A DNA stretch of 41,913 bases from an uncultured Bifidobacteriaceae bacterium (GTDB lineage Bacteria > Bacteroidota > Bacteroidia > UKL13-3), in the NCBI GenBank assembly GCA_964429245.1, contig CAYSBE010000005.1, positions 1 through 41,913 on the forward strand. The letters are read 5' to 3'. Both the position numbers and the translations under genes were made by a program. Below, in pieces: positions 9,611 to 20,120 of the stretch (its first letter is position 1; each line of letters opens with the position of its first letter). Below the pieces are notes generated by a model. It ran no database searches, had not been told where the DNA came from, and saw only the letters and a list, made by a program, of their open reading frames with translations.

Positions 9611-12268
9611 TTGAATATTTTATTTCGATACACACCCATTCTATTTTGTCTGCTTCAGGCAGTGGTAACTTATGCTACACACTACCGAGCAGGGGAGATA
9701 ACCTACAAAAGATTAAGTGGCAGGTTGTATGAAGTTACTGTACATACCTACACCGACCCAACAAGTGATGCGAATCCCAACACACAATCCATAGAAATTA
9801 ATTGGGGCGATTCAAAAACACAAAAATTACAACGCACGCAATTAACTCCTATAAACAGCACCATTCAGCGCAACGTATATGTTGCTACACACGATTACCA
9901 AACAGATGGAACTTTTCGTGTGAGCATAACTGATCCAAATCGCGTAGATAATATTTTAAATATCAACAGAGGGTTTACTGAACAACTGCCATTTTATGTT
10001 GAAGCAGTTATTTTTATTAATAATTCCATACAAAGCAATAATTCACCAACACTGCTCAATCCCCCAATAGATGATGGTTGCCTTGGATTCTTGTACGTTC
10101 ACAATCCCGGTGCATTTGATTCCGATGGAGACTCGCTTATATACAGAATTATTCCGCCCAAAATAGCAGCAGGACAGGATGTACCACTATATGTTGATCC
10201 ATTTAATTCGGATAGTTTTGCATTAGATCCCATAAAAGGCACCGTATATTGGGCCAATCCAACTACTGCTGGATACTACAATATTGCCATACAAATCATT
10301 GAACTTCGAAATGGGTTTCCGGTAGGCTCTGTAACTCGTGATATGCAGATTCGGATTGTTGATTGCCCAAACACACCACCTACAATTGCACCCATGCCAA
10401 ATGGTTGCGTTAAGGTTGGGAATAATTATACGTATACCGTAAGTGCATCAGATATAAACAGTAGCCAAGTCATTACGTTGGTTCCAATAGGTGGGCCTTT
10501 TATTCAAACTCCGGGAAGAGCCACACAAACACCAGATACGGGTATTGGAAGCGGAACAGTGAATGTACAATTTAATTGGCGACCAGAGTGCTTTAATATT
10601 CGCAATCAATCATACTTTATTCAATTTAAAGCAAGTGACAATTTTGCTCCAAGAGGCACTTTTACAGATGGTTTTTTTCTAAAAGTAAATGGCCCTGAAC
10701 CCAAAAATGTGGAAGTAAAACAAGTACAACGCAATACTTTGCGGGTTGCATGGTCGCCTGACGAATGTGGATTGGCTACAAAATACAAAGTATATAAACG
10801 TGTGGATAGTTCCTATTGGACACCCGGGCCATGCGAAACCGATGTGCCTGCATCAACTGGTTTTGTATTGCTTAAAGAAATTGATATCCTGGCCAATCCA
10901 AACGATACGTTTTTAATTGATGATAATTTTGGAAAAGGCTTATCGCCTTTGGTAAACTATTGTTATAGGATAGTTTCTGTATTTCCTGCCAGAAGTGCAC
11001 TAGGACAAGTAATTGGTGGGCGAGTTGACCCCAGTTATGCTTCAACTGAAGTGTGTGGAACGCTCAAAAGAAGTAAACCAATCATCACCAAGGTAAGTGT
11101 GGAAAGAACTGATATTGCAAATGGATTGATGCGTGTATCCTATCTTAGGCCGGATACGCTTGATACGGCATTTTATAAAAGTCCTTACCGAATTACCCTT
11201 AAACGAAAAGCACCTGGTGATGTAAACTATGTTCAGCTGTCTACGTATACATTTAATTCTTTTGAAGAAATCGTTGACTCATTTTGGCTTGATAGCAATA
11301 TCAACACAACAGAGATGCAGTATGTGTATCAGATTGACTTCTACAGCGACATAAACACCACCGAAAAATTTGTAGACGAAAGCAATTATGCATCAAGTGT
11401 CAGACTCAATATTTATTCATCAGATCGAAAAAATATTTTGTTTTGGAATGCTGATGTGCCTTGGGAGAATGACACTTTCCTCATACTCCGAAAAAATTTG
11501 GCATTGGTATTTGATACCATCGGTTTCAGTACCAATTTAATTTATACTGATACCGGTTTGATAAATGGAGAAACGTATTGTTATAAAATACTTTCGTTAG
11601 GAGCATACTCCTTGCTGCCAGTATTGATTTCAAACTATTCTCAGGAAATATGCGGAGTGCCTGTAGACACTATTGCACCATGCCCTCCGATACTTACTGT
11701 AACAACCCCTTGTAATTCGTTTGTTGATTTTACCAATAAATTGGAGTGGACGCCTAATGCCCTTTGTGGAAACGATGTTGTTTCTTATAAAATATATTAT
11801 AAACCGTATAAGGAAAGTCCTTATACCCTCATTTCTACTGTGCCTGCAAATATTACAACATATGAGGATAATAGAAATGAACTGAGATTTTCTGTAGCAG
11901 GTTGTTATGCCGTAAATCCGGTAGACTCAAATGGAAACGAAGGTAAATTTACAAACGAAACCTGTGTGGATAATTGTCCTTACTACGTGTTGCCAAATGT
12001 ATTTACACCTAACAATGACAAAAAAAATGACCTGTTTATACCGTTCGAGTATCGTTTCATTGATAAGATAGATATGCATATCTATAACCGTTGGGGTGGT
12101 TTGGTGTTTAAAACAGAAAATCCGGATGTGCTTTGGGATGGAACCGAGATGGCTTCAGGAAATACTGTTTCACCGGGTGTGTATTATTTCGTTTGTGAGG
12201 TATACGAAAGGTATTTAGATGGGGTTAAGAAACGTAAAATCAATGGAACAGTTCAAATCATACGCTGA
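9611..12268 (+). CDS. Secreted protein with a gliding-motility-associated (T9SS type B) C-terminal domain and Ig/FN3-like modules
   Basis: Signal peptide then THYRAGEITY. C-terminal LPNVFTPNNDKKNDLF...IYNRWG...WDG...GVYYF...GTVQIIR. Repeated Y(C)Y.I.S FN3-like strands. TTG start. Confidence 0.9.
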   Translation: MNILFRYTPILFCLLQAVVTYATHYRAGEITYKRLSGRLYEVTVHTYTDPTSDANPNTQSIEINWGDSKTQKLQRTQLTPINSTIQRNVYVATHDYQTDGTFRVSITDPNRVDNILNINRGFTEQLPFYVEAVIFINNSIQSNNSPTLLNPPIDDGCLGFLYVHNPGAFDSDGDSLIYRIIPPKIAAGQDVPLYVDPFNSDSFALDPIKGTVYWANPTTAGYYNIAIQIIELRNGFPVGSVTRDMQIRIVDCPNTPPTIAPMPNGCVKVGNNYTYTVSASDINSSQVITLVPIGGPFIQTPGRATQTPDTGIGSGTVNVQFNWRPECFNIRNQSYFIQFKASDNFAPRGTFTDGFFLKVNGPEPKNVEVKQVQRNTLRVAWSPDECGLATKYKVYKRVDSSYWTPGPCETDVPASTGFVLLKEIDILANPNDTFLIDDNFGKGLSPLVNYCYRIVSVFPARSALGQVIGGRVDPSYASTEVCGTLKRSKPIITKVSVERTDIANGLMRVSYLRPDTLDTAFYKSPYRITLKRKAPGDVNYVQLSTYTFNSFEEIVDSFWLDSNINTTEMQYVYQIDFYSDINTTEKFVDESNYASSVRLNIYSSDRKNILFWNADVPWENDTFLILRKNLALVFDTIGFSTNLIYTDTGLINGETYCYKILSLGAYSLLPVLISNYSQEICGVPVDTIAPCPPILTVTTPCNSFVDFTNKLEWTPNALCGNDVVSYKIYYKPYKESPYTLISTVPANITTYEDNRNELRFSVAGCYAVNPVDSNGNEGKFTNETCVDNCPYYVLPNVFTPNNDKKNDLFIPFEYRFIDKIDMHIYNRWGGLVFKTENPDVLWDGTEMASGNTVSPGVYYFVCEVYERYLDGVKKRKINGTVQIIR

Positions 12269-12858
12269 TGTTTACCGGAATAATTGAAACACTTGCAACG
12301 CTAATTCACATAGAAGAAATTGGTTCAAATAAAACTTTTACCTTCACAAGTTCTATTACTCATGAATTAAAAGTAGATCAAAGTGTAAGTCATAATGGAG
12401 TATGTCTTACAGTTGAACGCATTGATGGTGAAAAGTATTCACTTACCGCAATTGCCGAAACACTAAAAGTTACCAATTTGGGTAGCCTAGTTTTGGGCGA
12501 CAAAGTAAATGTGGAGCGTTGCATGAAAGCCGATGGCAGGTATGATGGGCATTTGGTGCAAGGACATGTAGATACTGTTGCGACTTGTGTATCTTTAAAT
12601 GATGTCAATGGCAGTTGGGATTATGCATTTAAATTAAATGATGCCTCTTATAAACATTTGATGGTTACTAAGGGTTCTATCTGCATCAATGGTGTAAGTC
12701 TTACTTTGGTAAATGCCGGTGAGGACGAATTTTCAGTATCAATTATACCATATACCTATGAGCATACAAATTTTCATTCCATTAAAGTTGGTACAAAAGT
12801 GAATATTGAATTTGATATTCTTGGAAAATATATCCAACGCTACTTAAGAAAATCTTGA
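12268..12858 (+). CDS. ribC: Riboflavin synthase (alpha chain; ribC/ribE depending on nomenclature)
   Basis: N-terminal MFTGII, NGVCLTV, GHLVQGHVD, KGSICINGVSLT, VNIEFD. One-base TGATG overlap with the upstream gene. Confidence 0.96.
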   Translation: MFTGIIETLATLIHIEEIGSNKTFTFTSSITHELKVDQSVSHNGVCLTVERIDGEKYSLTAIAETLKVTNLGSLVLGDKVNVERCMKADGRYDGHLVQGHVDTVATCVSLNDVNGSWDYAFKLNDASYKHLMVTKGSICINGVSLTLVNAGEDEFSVSIIPYTYEHTNFHSIKVGTKVNIEFDILGKYIQRYLRKS

Positions 12859-12889
12859 AATAAGATTATTAAAATTGTTAAAATAAAGG

Positions 12890-13216
12890 TTAAAGTACCA
12901 CCACAGATTTCGAAATTTTACGAGTAGACTTAGCGTTAGATACCATTAAATCTATAGTTCTCGAAAGTGATCCAGGCAAAGAAAGAATGATAAAACGCTC
13001 TGTTGAGGATTTTCCGCTTCCCAACATTTGTAAACCTGCTTGAGGCTGCCACAAATAGCTATCTACATTTTCACTGCATGCTGCAGACAATATAATTGTA
13101 TCATTTACAATGTATGCAGTTTTATCAAAGTTAGCGCATGCCTCAATTTTCTTTCCACATGAACTTATAATTGCTAGTATTAGCAATAGTGCTGAAGAAA
13201 ATAATAGGTGTTTCAT
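12890..13216 (-). CDS. Small lipoprotein with a PKD/Ig-like beta domain
   Basis: Signal peptide ending ISSC, followed by ACANF, SYLW and LMVSN, a pattern like PKD domains. Confidence 0.65.
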   Translation of the reverse strand: MKHLLFSSALLLILAIISSCGKKIEACANFDKTAYIVNDTIILSAACSENVDSYLWQPQAGLQMLGSGKSSTERFIILSLPGSLSRTIDLMVSNAKSTRKISKSVVVL

Positions 13217-13299
13217 TTTTTAAAATAAATGAATTATTCAGAAATATAAAAATATTTAAGTAATGCCACAAGTATTACAAATGGGTAATTTAATTTGAC

Positions 13300-13569
13300 T
13301 TATAAGAAAGAATATAACTGTATTTGAATTCGAGGTCCAGTTTTGAGTAAATCGTAAAGAGAATTAGTATTTGAAGCATAAATATTTTTACTATATAGCA
13401 TGAAATTTCGATAGAAAAAACTGTACCCAAAGAACCTTACCAAATGCTGCTCCGAGAAAACGTATTTATTTTTTCTAAAGTTATAATCTTTTTCAAAGTT
13501 CTCTATGCTTGAGCCGCCATGTATGAACAAAGAATTAAATTCATTTCTAATAAAAAAAATATACCTCAA
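13300..13569 (-). pseudogene. Orphan 89-codon frame, possible 3' remnant of an outer-membrane protein gene
   Basis: Stop-free for 89 codons in very AT-rich DNA. Aromatic-rich, ends GPRIQIQLYSFL. It begins immediately after the upstream TAG in the same frame. Confidence 0.3.
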
Positions 13570-14376
13570 CTAAAAGTTTAATACAAGAGCATTAAAAAAC
13601 TGGTACCAAAGATTGGTTACCGGCACCACAGGCTGCACTTCGTACATGGTGCGTAAATTTACTCTATATTCTAAATTCTTTGTGATTCTGAAGCTGCATA
13701 GAGCGTGCATACCATAGCGAGTTCTGAATAGGGTAGGGTCAGGCCTGAAATTGAGGTAAGCACCAATATCTAATTTTACTCTTGAGTTGATTTCATGATC
13801 GTAGCTTATATAGCCATTCAATCGTAGGTTATATACATCTACCGGTGTGGTATTTGTAATGGTTTCGAGAGTTTTATCAGGGACAGCTGTAAAATTCCAT
13901 TTTTCATATTCCATAATGCCACCTGCAGCAAAAGCCAAGGTGATTTTCTCATCACGATAGAATCGATATCGGGCATTGCATGTTGCAGCTACTTTATGCT
14001 CGAGTCCTCTCGCCTCCCTCCATTGGTATTGCAGCATGTATTCTGGATACACCTGTCTGTTAATTTTTGGCCTAAACCTTGCAAATACGTATCCACCGCT
14101 CACAATAGTTTCATCACCATTCAGTAGCAAACTAAAATTTTCTGCAATGGTGAAAATATTATTATTTATAAATCGATGTGCAAATTCAGAACTTAAAGCA
14201 AATTGATTAACTACTACTTTTTGAGTTTGTGAACTGAAACTACCAGAAATGACTCCGGCATTTTTTCTATTGGTATCAATTGGAATCATGACAAATGATT
14301 CAGGGAAAATAAATTGTGCACTAACCCTGGCAGACCAATAACAAAATAAAATTAGTAATAATAACCATTTACACAT
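13570..14376 (-). CDS. Outer-membrane beta-barrel protein, DUF481-like
   Basis: Signal peptide MCKWLLLLILFCYWSARVSAQ. Alternating beta strands (GYVFARF, QYQWREARGL, MEYEKW) and a terminal Phe (NALVLNF). Confidence 0.7.
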   Translation of the reverse strand: MCKWLLLLILFCYWSARVSAQFIFPESFVMIPIDTNRKNAGVISGSFSSQTQKVVVNQFALSSEFAHRFINNNIFTIAENFSLLLNGDETIVSGGYVFARFRPKINRQVYPEYMLQYQWREARGLEHKVAATCNARYRFYRDEKITLAFAAGGIMEYEKWNFTAVPDKTLETITNTTPVDVYNLRLNGYISYDHEINSRVKLDIGAYLNFRPDPTLFRTRYGMHALCSFRITKNLEYRVNLRTMYEVQPVVPVTNLWYQFFNALVLNF

Positions 14377-14507
14377 GTCTGCAAATGTCTTTGTGTGTAT
14401 GATATAGAAGTCAAAATGATGTAAACACGTGCACAATAAGTTACAAAAATGTATACAGTCTGAAGTTTTAATAAACTATTATTGATGTCTTATTAGCTAC
14501 AATATTT

Positions 14508-15911
14508 ATGAACCGAAAAGAGCATGACTTTCTTGGAGAATTGGAAATACCTAACGAGTTTTACTATGGTATCCAAACATTTAGGGCAAAAGAGAATTTT
14601 CATATTACCTCGATACCTATCTCAACAGAGCCTTTATTGATACAAGCATTTGGCTATGTAAAAAAGGCTGCTGCTTTAGCCAATCGGGATTGTGGGGTGT
14701 TGGACAATAAAGTTACAGAAGCCATTTGTTTTGGCTGTGACCAATTGATAGCCGGAAAATATACCGACCAGTTTGTAAGTGATTTAATTCAAGGCGGTGC
14801 CGGAACTTCATGCAACATGAATGCAAACGAAGTGATTGCCAATCTTGCATTGGAATACCTTGGGCACAAAAAAGGGGAATATGATTTTGTGCATCCGAAT
14901 AACCATGTCAACTGTTCACAATCTACCAATGATGCCTATCCAACTGCTTTTCGCATGGCGCTATTTAGTAAAATTGGTATCTATCTCAACATATTAAAAC
15001 GTTTGCAAATAGCTTTTGCTGAAAAAGGAAAGGAGTTTAATACTGTTTTGAAAATGGGTAGAACCCAATTGCAGGATGCTGTGCCAATGACATTGGGACA
15101 AGAGTTTAGGGCATTTGCCACTACAATAGAAGAAGACATCAATAGGTTGGAAGAAGCACGCAATTTGATATTGGAAGTAAATATGGGTGCTACAGCCATT
15201 GGAACCAGAGTAAATGCTCCTGATGGATATGCGGAGTTATGTGTAAAATATTTAAATGAACTATCGGGTATTCAGGTTACGTTGGCTCCAGATTTAATTG
15301 AAGCGACAGGTGATACAGGTGCATACGTTCAAATTATGGGTACGCTAAAACGCAATGCCATTAAACTGTCTAAAATTTGCAATGACTTAAGGCTATTAAG
15401 CTCTGGCCCTCGCACCGGATTCAATGAAATTAACCTCCCTCCAAGGCAGCCCGGATCATCAATAATGCCAGGTAAAGTAAATCCAGTGATACCTGAAGTT
15501 GTTAACCAAACTTGCTATTACGTTATTGGCCAAGACCTAACCGTAACAATGGCTGCAGAAGCAGGACAGCTTCAACTTAATGTTATGGAGCCCGTGATTG
15601 CATTTTCTTTATTCACTTCATTACAATATTTGGGCAATGCTATTGACACGCTAACGGAAAAATGCGTAAAAGGAATTACCGCTAATGCAGAACATACGAG
15701 AAATATGGTGATGAATAGTATCGGAATTGTTACCCAACTAAATCCGATACTTGGTTACGAACCTTGCGCTATTGTTGCACGTGAAGCATTAGAAACAGGA
15801 AAAAGTGTTTATGAAATCGTAGTAAATGAAAAAAAGCTTATAAGCCATGAAAAATGGGAAGAAATATTTTCTATCGAAAATCTTATTCATCCAAAGTTTA
15901 TAAATAAGTAA
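14508..15911 (+). CDS. aspA: Aspartate ammonia-lyase (aspartase)
   Basis: YYGIQTFRA, QGGAGTS.NMNANEV, SQSTNDAYPT, KMGRTQLQDAVP, GSSIMPGKVNP, AEAGQLQLNVMEP. Confidence 0.93.
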   Translation: MNRKEHDFLGELEIPNEFYYGIQTFRAKENFHITSIPISTEPLLIQAFGYVKKAAALANRDCGVLDNKVTEAICFGCDQLIAGKYTDQFVSDLIQGGAGTSCNMNANEVIANLALEYLGHKKGEYDFVHPNNHVNCSQSTNDAYPTAFRMALFSKIGIYLNILKRLQIAFAEKGKEFNTVLKMGRTQLQDAVPMTLGQEFRAFATTIEEDINRLEEARNLILEVNMGATAIGTRVNAPDGYAELCVKYLNELSGIQVTLAPDLIEATGDTGAYVQIMGTLKRNAIKLSKICNDLRLLSSGPRTGFNEINLPPRQPGSSIMPGKVNPVIPEVVNQTCYYVIGQDLTVTMAAEAGQLQLNVMEPVIAFSLFTSLQYLGNAIDTLTEKCVKGITANAEHTRNMVMNSIGIVTQLNPILGYEPCAIVAREALETGKSVYEIVVNEKKLISHEKWEEIFSIENLIHPKFINK

Positions 15912-15934
15912 ATTTGCCACATAATATATCACAA

Positions 15935-16252
15935 ATGCAAAACAACGACAACCCAAACAATCAAATCAATATCGAGCTTTCTGAAGAAATTGCCGAAGGC
16001 ACGTATTCAAATTTAGCCATCATTACCCATTCAAACTCGGAATTTGTGGTGGATTTTATTCGTGTAATGCCTGGTGTGCCAAAAGCGAAAGTAAAATCAC
16101 GTATTGTGCTCACTCCCGAACATGCCAAACGCTTATTTCTTGCAATGGGAGACAATATTAGAAAATACGAAGAGTTGAATGGAACCATCACCATCAATGA
16201 ACAAGGTCCTCCCATTCCTATGAATTTTGGCGGACCAACTGGTGTGGCTTAG
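15935..16252 (+). CDS. DUF3467 family protein
   Basis: NQINIEL.EE.AEG.YSNLAII.HS.SEFV.DF and VKSRIVLTPEHAKR signature. TAAATTTG at 15910-15917 lies upstream. Confidence 0.9.
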   Translation: MQNNDNPNNQINIELSEEIAEGTYSNLAIITHSNSEFVVDFIRVMPGVPKAKVKSRIVLTPEHAKRLFLAMGDNIRKYEELNGTITINEQGPPIPMNFGGPTGVA

Positions 16253-16325
16253 CACTTGTTTGTCATGTGTTGCAATGAAATTCTTTACTGTGAATAATTT
16301 ACATTGAGCAAAACTGCGAAAAATT

Positions 16326-16333
16326 TATCTTTG
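16326..16333 (+). promoter_or_regulatory. -7 promoter element for carA(-eno)
   Basis: TATCTTTG is an exact TAnnTTTG match, 17 nt before the TTG start. Confidence 0.65.
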
Positions 16334-16350
16334 CCCCAATTTATACAACA

Positions 16351-17451
16351 TTGAACAAACTCATTCATAAATTCCCCGCAACCCTTGTTTTGGCTGACGG
16401 AACTGTTTTTAAAGGTACTTCAATTGGAAAAATAGGTACCACCACCGGTGAAATTTGTTTCAACACCGGTATGACAGGTTATCAGGAGGTGTTTACAGAC
16501 CCTTCTTATTTCGGACAGATATTGGTTGAAACCAATGTGCACATCGGCAATTACGGAATCCATACAGACGAAGTCGAATCTGATGATATCAAAATAGCAG
16601 GCTTGGTTTGTAAGCAATTTAATATTCCCTTTTCCCGCAAACAGTCTGCAACAAATATCCAAGAATATTTTGCAGTAAATAACCTAGTTGGTATTGCAGA
16701 TGTTGATACCCGTGAAATTGTAAGACATGTGCGTGACAAAGGTGCAATGAATTGTATAATTTCTTCCGAAGAGAAAACGGTTGAAGAGTTATTAGCCGAA
16801 CTAAATAATGTTCCCTCAATGGCTGGGCTCGAGTTGTCTTCTAAAGTTTCAACAGACAAAACGTACTATTTTGGAAATCCTGATGCTGCCAAGAAAGTTG
16901 CTGTACTTGATTTGGGAGTAAAGAAAAATATTTTACGCAGTTTGGCTGAGCGCGATTGTTATTTAGCAGTGTTTAACGGCAAAACTACATTTGAAGAAAT
17001 GATGAAGTTTAAACCGGACGGTTTCATGATTTCCAACGGGCCCGGTGATCCGGCCACGATGCACTATGCAGTAGAAACCGTAAAGCAAATTTTGAATCAC
17101 AATGTGCCACTTTTTGGCATTTGCCTTGGCCATCAAATATTGGCAGAAGCCAACGGAATTTCAACATTTAAAATGCACAACGGCCACCGCGGATTAAATC
17201 ATCCGGTGAAAAATATCATCACAGGTCATTGCGAGATTACCTCACAAAATCATGGGTTTTCGGTAAAGTCAGAAGATGTGCACAACTGCAAAGAAGTAGA
17301 AGTAACACATATAAATTTGAATGACGATACCATCGAAGGAATTCGGATGAAAGACAAAAAGGCGTTTTCGGTACAATACCATCCCGAAGCAGCTCCTGGC
17401 CCACATGATAGCCGCTATTTATTTGACGACTTTTTAAAACTGATGAGCTAA
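16351..17451 (+). CDS. carA: Carbamoyl-phosphate synthase small subunit
   Basis: GEICFNTGMTGYQE, SNGPGDP, FGICLGHQ, GHRG.NHPV, SVQYHPEA.PGPHD. Confidence 0.97.
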   Translation: MNKLIHKFPATLVLADGTVFKGTSIGKIGTTTGEICFNTGMTGYQEVFTDPSYFGQILVETNVHIGNYGIHTDEVESDDIKIAGLVCKQFNIPFSRKQSATNIQEYFAVNNLVGIADVDTREIVRHVRDKGAMNCIISSEEKTVEELLAELNNVPSMAGLELSSKVSTDKTYYFGNPDAAKKVAVLDLGVKKNILRSLAERDCYLAVFNGKTTFEEMMKFKPDGFMISNGPGDPATMHYAVETVKQILNHNVPLFGICLGHQILAEANGISTFKMHNGHRGLNHPVKNIITGHCEITSQNHGFSVKSEDVHNCKEVEVTHINLNDDTIEGIRMKDKKAFSVQYHPEAAPGPHDSRYLFDDFLKLMS

Positions 17452-17486
17452 TTCAACTATTCTAACATTCTTACATTCACACATTC
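17451..17486 (+). repeat. Degenerate 8-nt-period tandem repeat (ATTCnnnn) x5
   Basis: ATTC starts at 17451, 17459, 17467, 17475 and 17483 (attcaact attctaac attcttac attcacac attc). Confidence 0.7.
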
Positions 17487-17496
17487 AAAATTATAA

Positions 17497-18786
<1,290 letters not shown>

Positions 18787-18807
18787 GTCTAAAATATAAA
18801 AAGTATC

Positions 18808-18841
18808 AAAAGCCGATTCCACTAAGAATCGGCTTTTTTTT
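18808..18841 (+). terminator. Rho-independent terminator after eno
   Basis: Stem AAAAGCCGATTC / GAATCGGCTTTT with a 6-nt loop and a long T tail. Confidence 0.9.
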
Positions 18842-18948
18842 ATTTTAATGTGTCGAATAGAAATTTGTGTTTTGTATTTAGCTCATTTCTACTTAAGGGT
18901 GCAAAACTTTGCGGTGAATATACCCATCAATTTTAACATCTTTGCCAT

Positions 18949-19239
18949 ATGCGCAAAGGCATTAAATGGCTTACGAATAAATACATGATTGCAACTGCAA
19001 TATTTATGCTGTTATTGTTATTTGCCGATAAAGGAAATGTATTTGATCAATATAAACTTTACATCAAGTACAGTAAAGTGAAAGCGGAGAATGCTTACTA
19101 CCAAACTCAGATTGAAAAAGCCAGAAAAGATTACGATGAATTATTTACCAATGACCGTAACCTCGAAAAATTTGCACGCGAAAAATACCTGATGAAACGT
19201 GATGATGAAGATGTATTTGTAATTGAAATGGAAGAATGA
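18949..19239 (+). CDS. Septum formation initiator, FtsB/DivIC family
   Basis: N-terminal TM segment after NKY, a coiled coil, and LEKFAREKYLMKRDDEDVFVI. Position downstream of eno is typical. Confidence 0.88.
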   Translation: MRKGIKWLTNKYMIATAIFMLLLLFADKGNVFDQYKLYIKYSKVKAENAYYQTQIEKARKDYDELFTNDRNLEKFAREKYLMKRDDEDVFVIEMEE

Positions 19240-20093
19240 TACTCATTGCAGATAGCGGTTCTACAAAAACAGATTGGGCGTTACTAACGTCACAAGATAC
19301 TTCGTATAAACTTATTCATACGCAAGGGTATAACCCGTATATTGTTAATTCAAACGATATAAAAAAATCGATAAGAGAAGAATTGTTGCCAAACATTCTC
19401 CAACCCGAAGCAGTTGAAGCAATTTATTTTTATGGGGCCGGTTGTTCAACACCTGAAAAACAATTGATTGTAGACATTGCCTTACGTACCGTTTTCCCAA
19501 AAATAACTACAGTCTTAGTTACCCATGATTTATTGGGAAGCGCCCGTGCATTACTTGGAGATAATCCCGGATTTGCAGCCATTTTAGGTACAGGAACAAA
19601 TACGTGTGTTTATGATGGCACAAGCTGTGTGCACAATATTGATTCACTGGGTTATTTATTGGGAGATGAAGGCAGCGGATCCTATATAGGAAAAAGATTT
19701 TTAAGGGATTTCTTAAGAGGAACAATGCCTGACGAGGTCTCAAAAGCATTTGTACAACATTTTAATATTGTATCTTCAAAAGAACTACTTTCGGCTATTT
19801 ACGCTTCCCCAATTGCAAACAGATACCTTGCAAGTTTTGCGTCATTTGGCAGTGTATTGCCTTCAAATGCTTATGTACAACATGCCATTACTGAGTGTTT
19901 CGAAGATTTCTTTAATCGGATTGTTACGTTGTATCCTGATTATGCTTCACATAGCTTTAATTGTGTGGGAAGCATAGCAATAAATTATAAAGAAATTTTA
20001 GAAGGGGTTGCAGGTAAATTTGGTATGCGGATAGGGAAACTTATTCAGTCGCCCATTCATGAATTGGTAACATATCACCAATCAAAGGTGTGA
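19236..20093 (+). CDS. BadF/N-acetylglucosamine kinase-like ASKHA sugar kinase
   Basis: MILIADSGSTKTDW, FYGAGC, AILGTGTN, LGYLLGDEGSG. ATGA overlap with the ftsB-like gene. Confidence 0.88.
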   Translation: MILIADSGSTKTDWALLTSQDTSYKLIHTQGYNPYIVNSNDIKKSIREELLPNILQPEAVEAIYFYGAGCSTPEKQLIVDIALRTVFPKITTVLVTHDLLGSARALLGDNPGFAAILGTGTNTCVYDGTSCVHNIDSLGYLLGDEGSGSYIGKRFLRDFLRGTMPDEVSKAFVQHFNIVSSKELLSAIYASPIANRYLASFASFGSVLPSNAYVQHAITECFEDFFNRIVTLYPDYASHSFNCVGSIAINYKEILEGVAGKFGMRIGKLIQSPIHELVTYHQSKV

Positions 20094-20120
20094 TTGTTTA
20101 AAGAGGTATTATTGAAATAT

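Noticed and set aside
13570-13572. Pyrrolysine or recoded TAG in the DUF481-like gene
   Set aside because: The protein ends in a normal barrel terminal Phe just before the TAG, and other genes in the window (DUF3467, mnmA) use TAG as a true stop.
16351-17451. carA without an adjacent carB as an anomaly
   Set aside because: Split carA/carB is, to my knowledge, ordinary in Bacteroidota; carB is presumably elsewhere in the genome.
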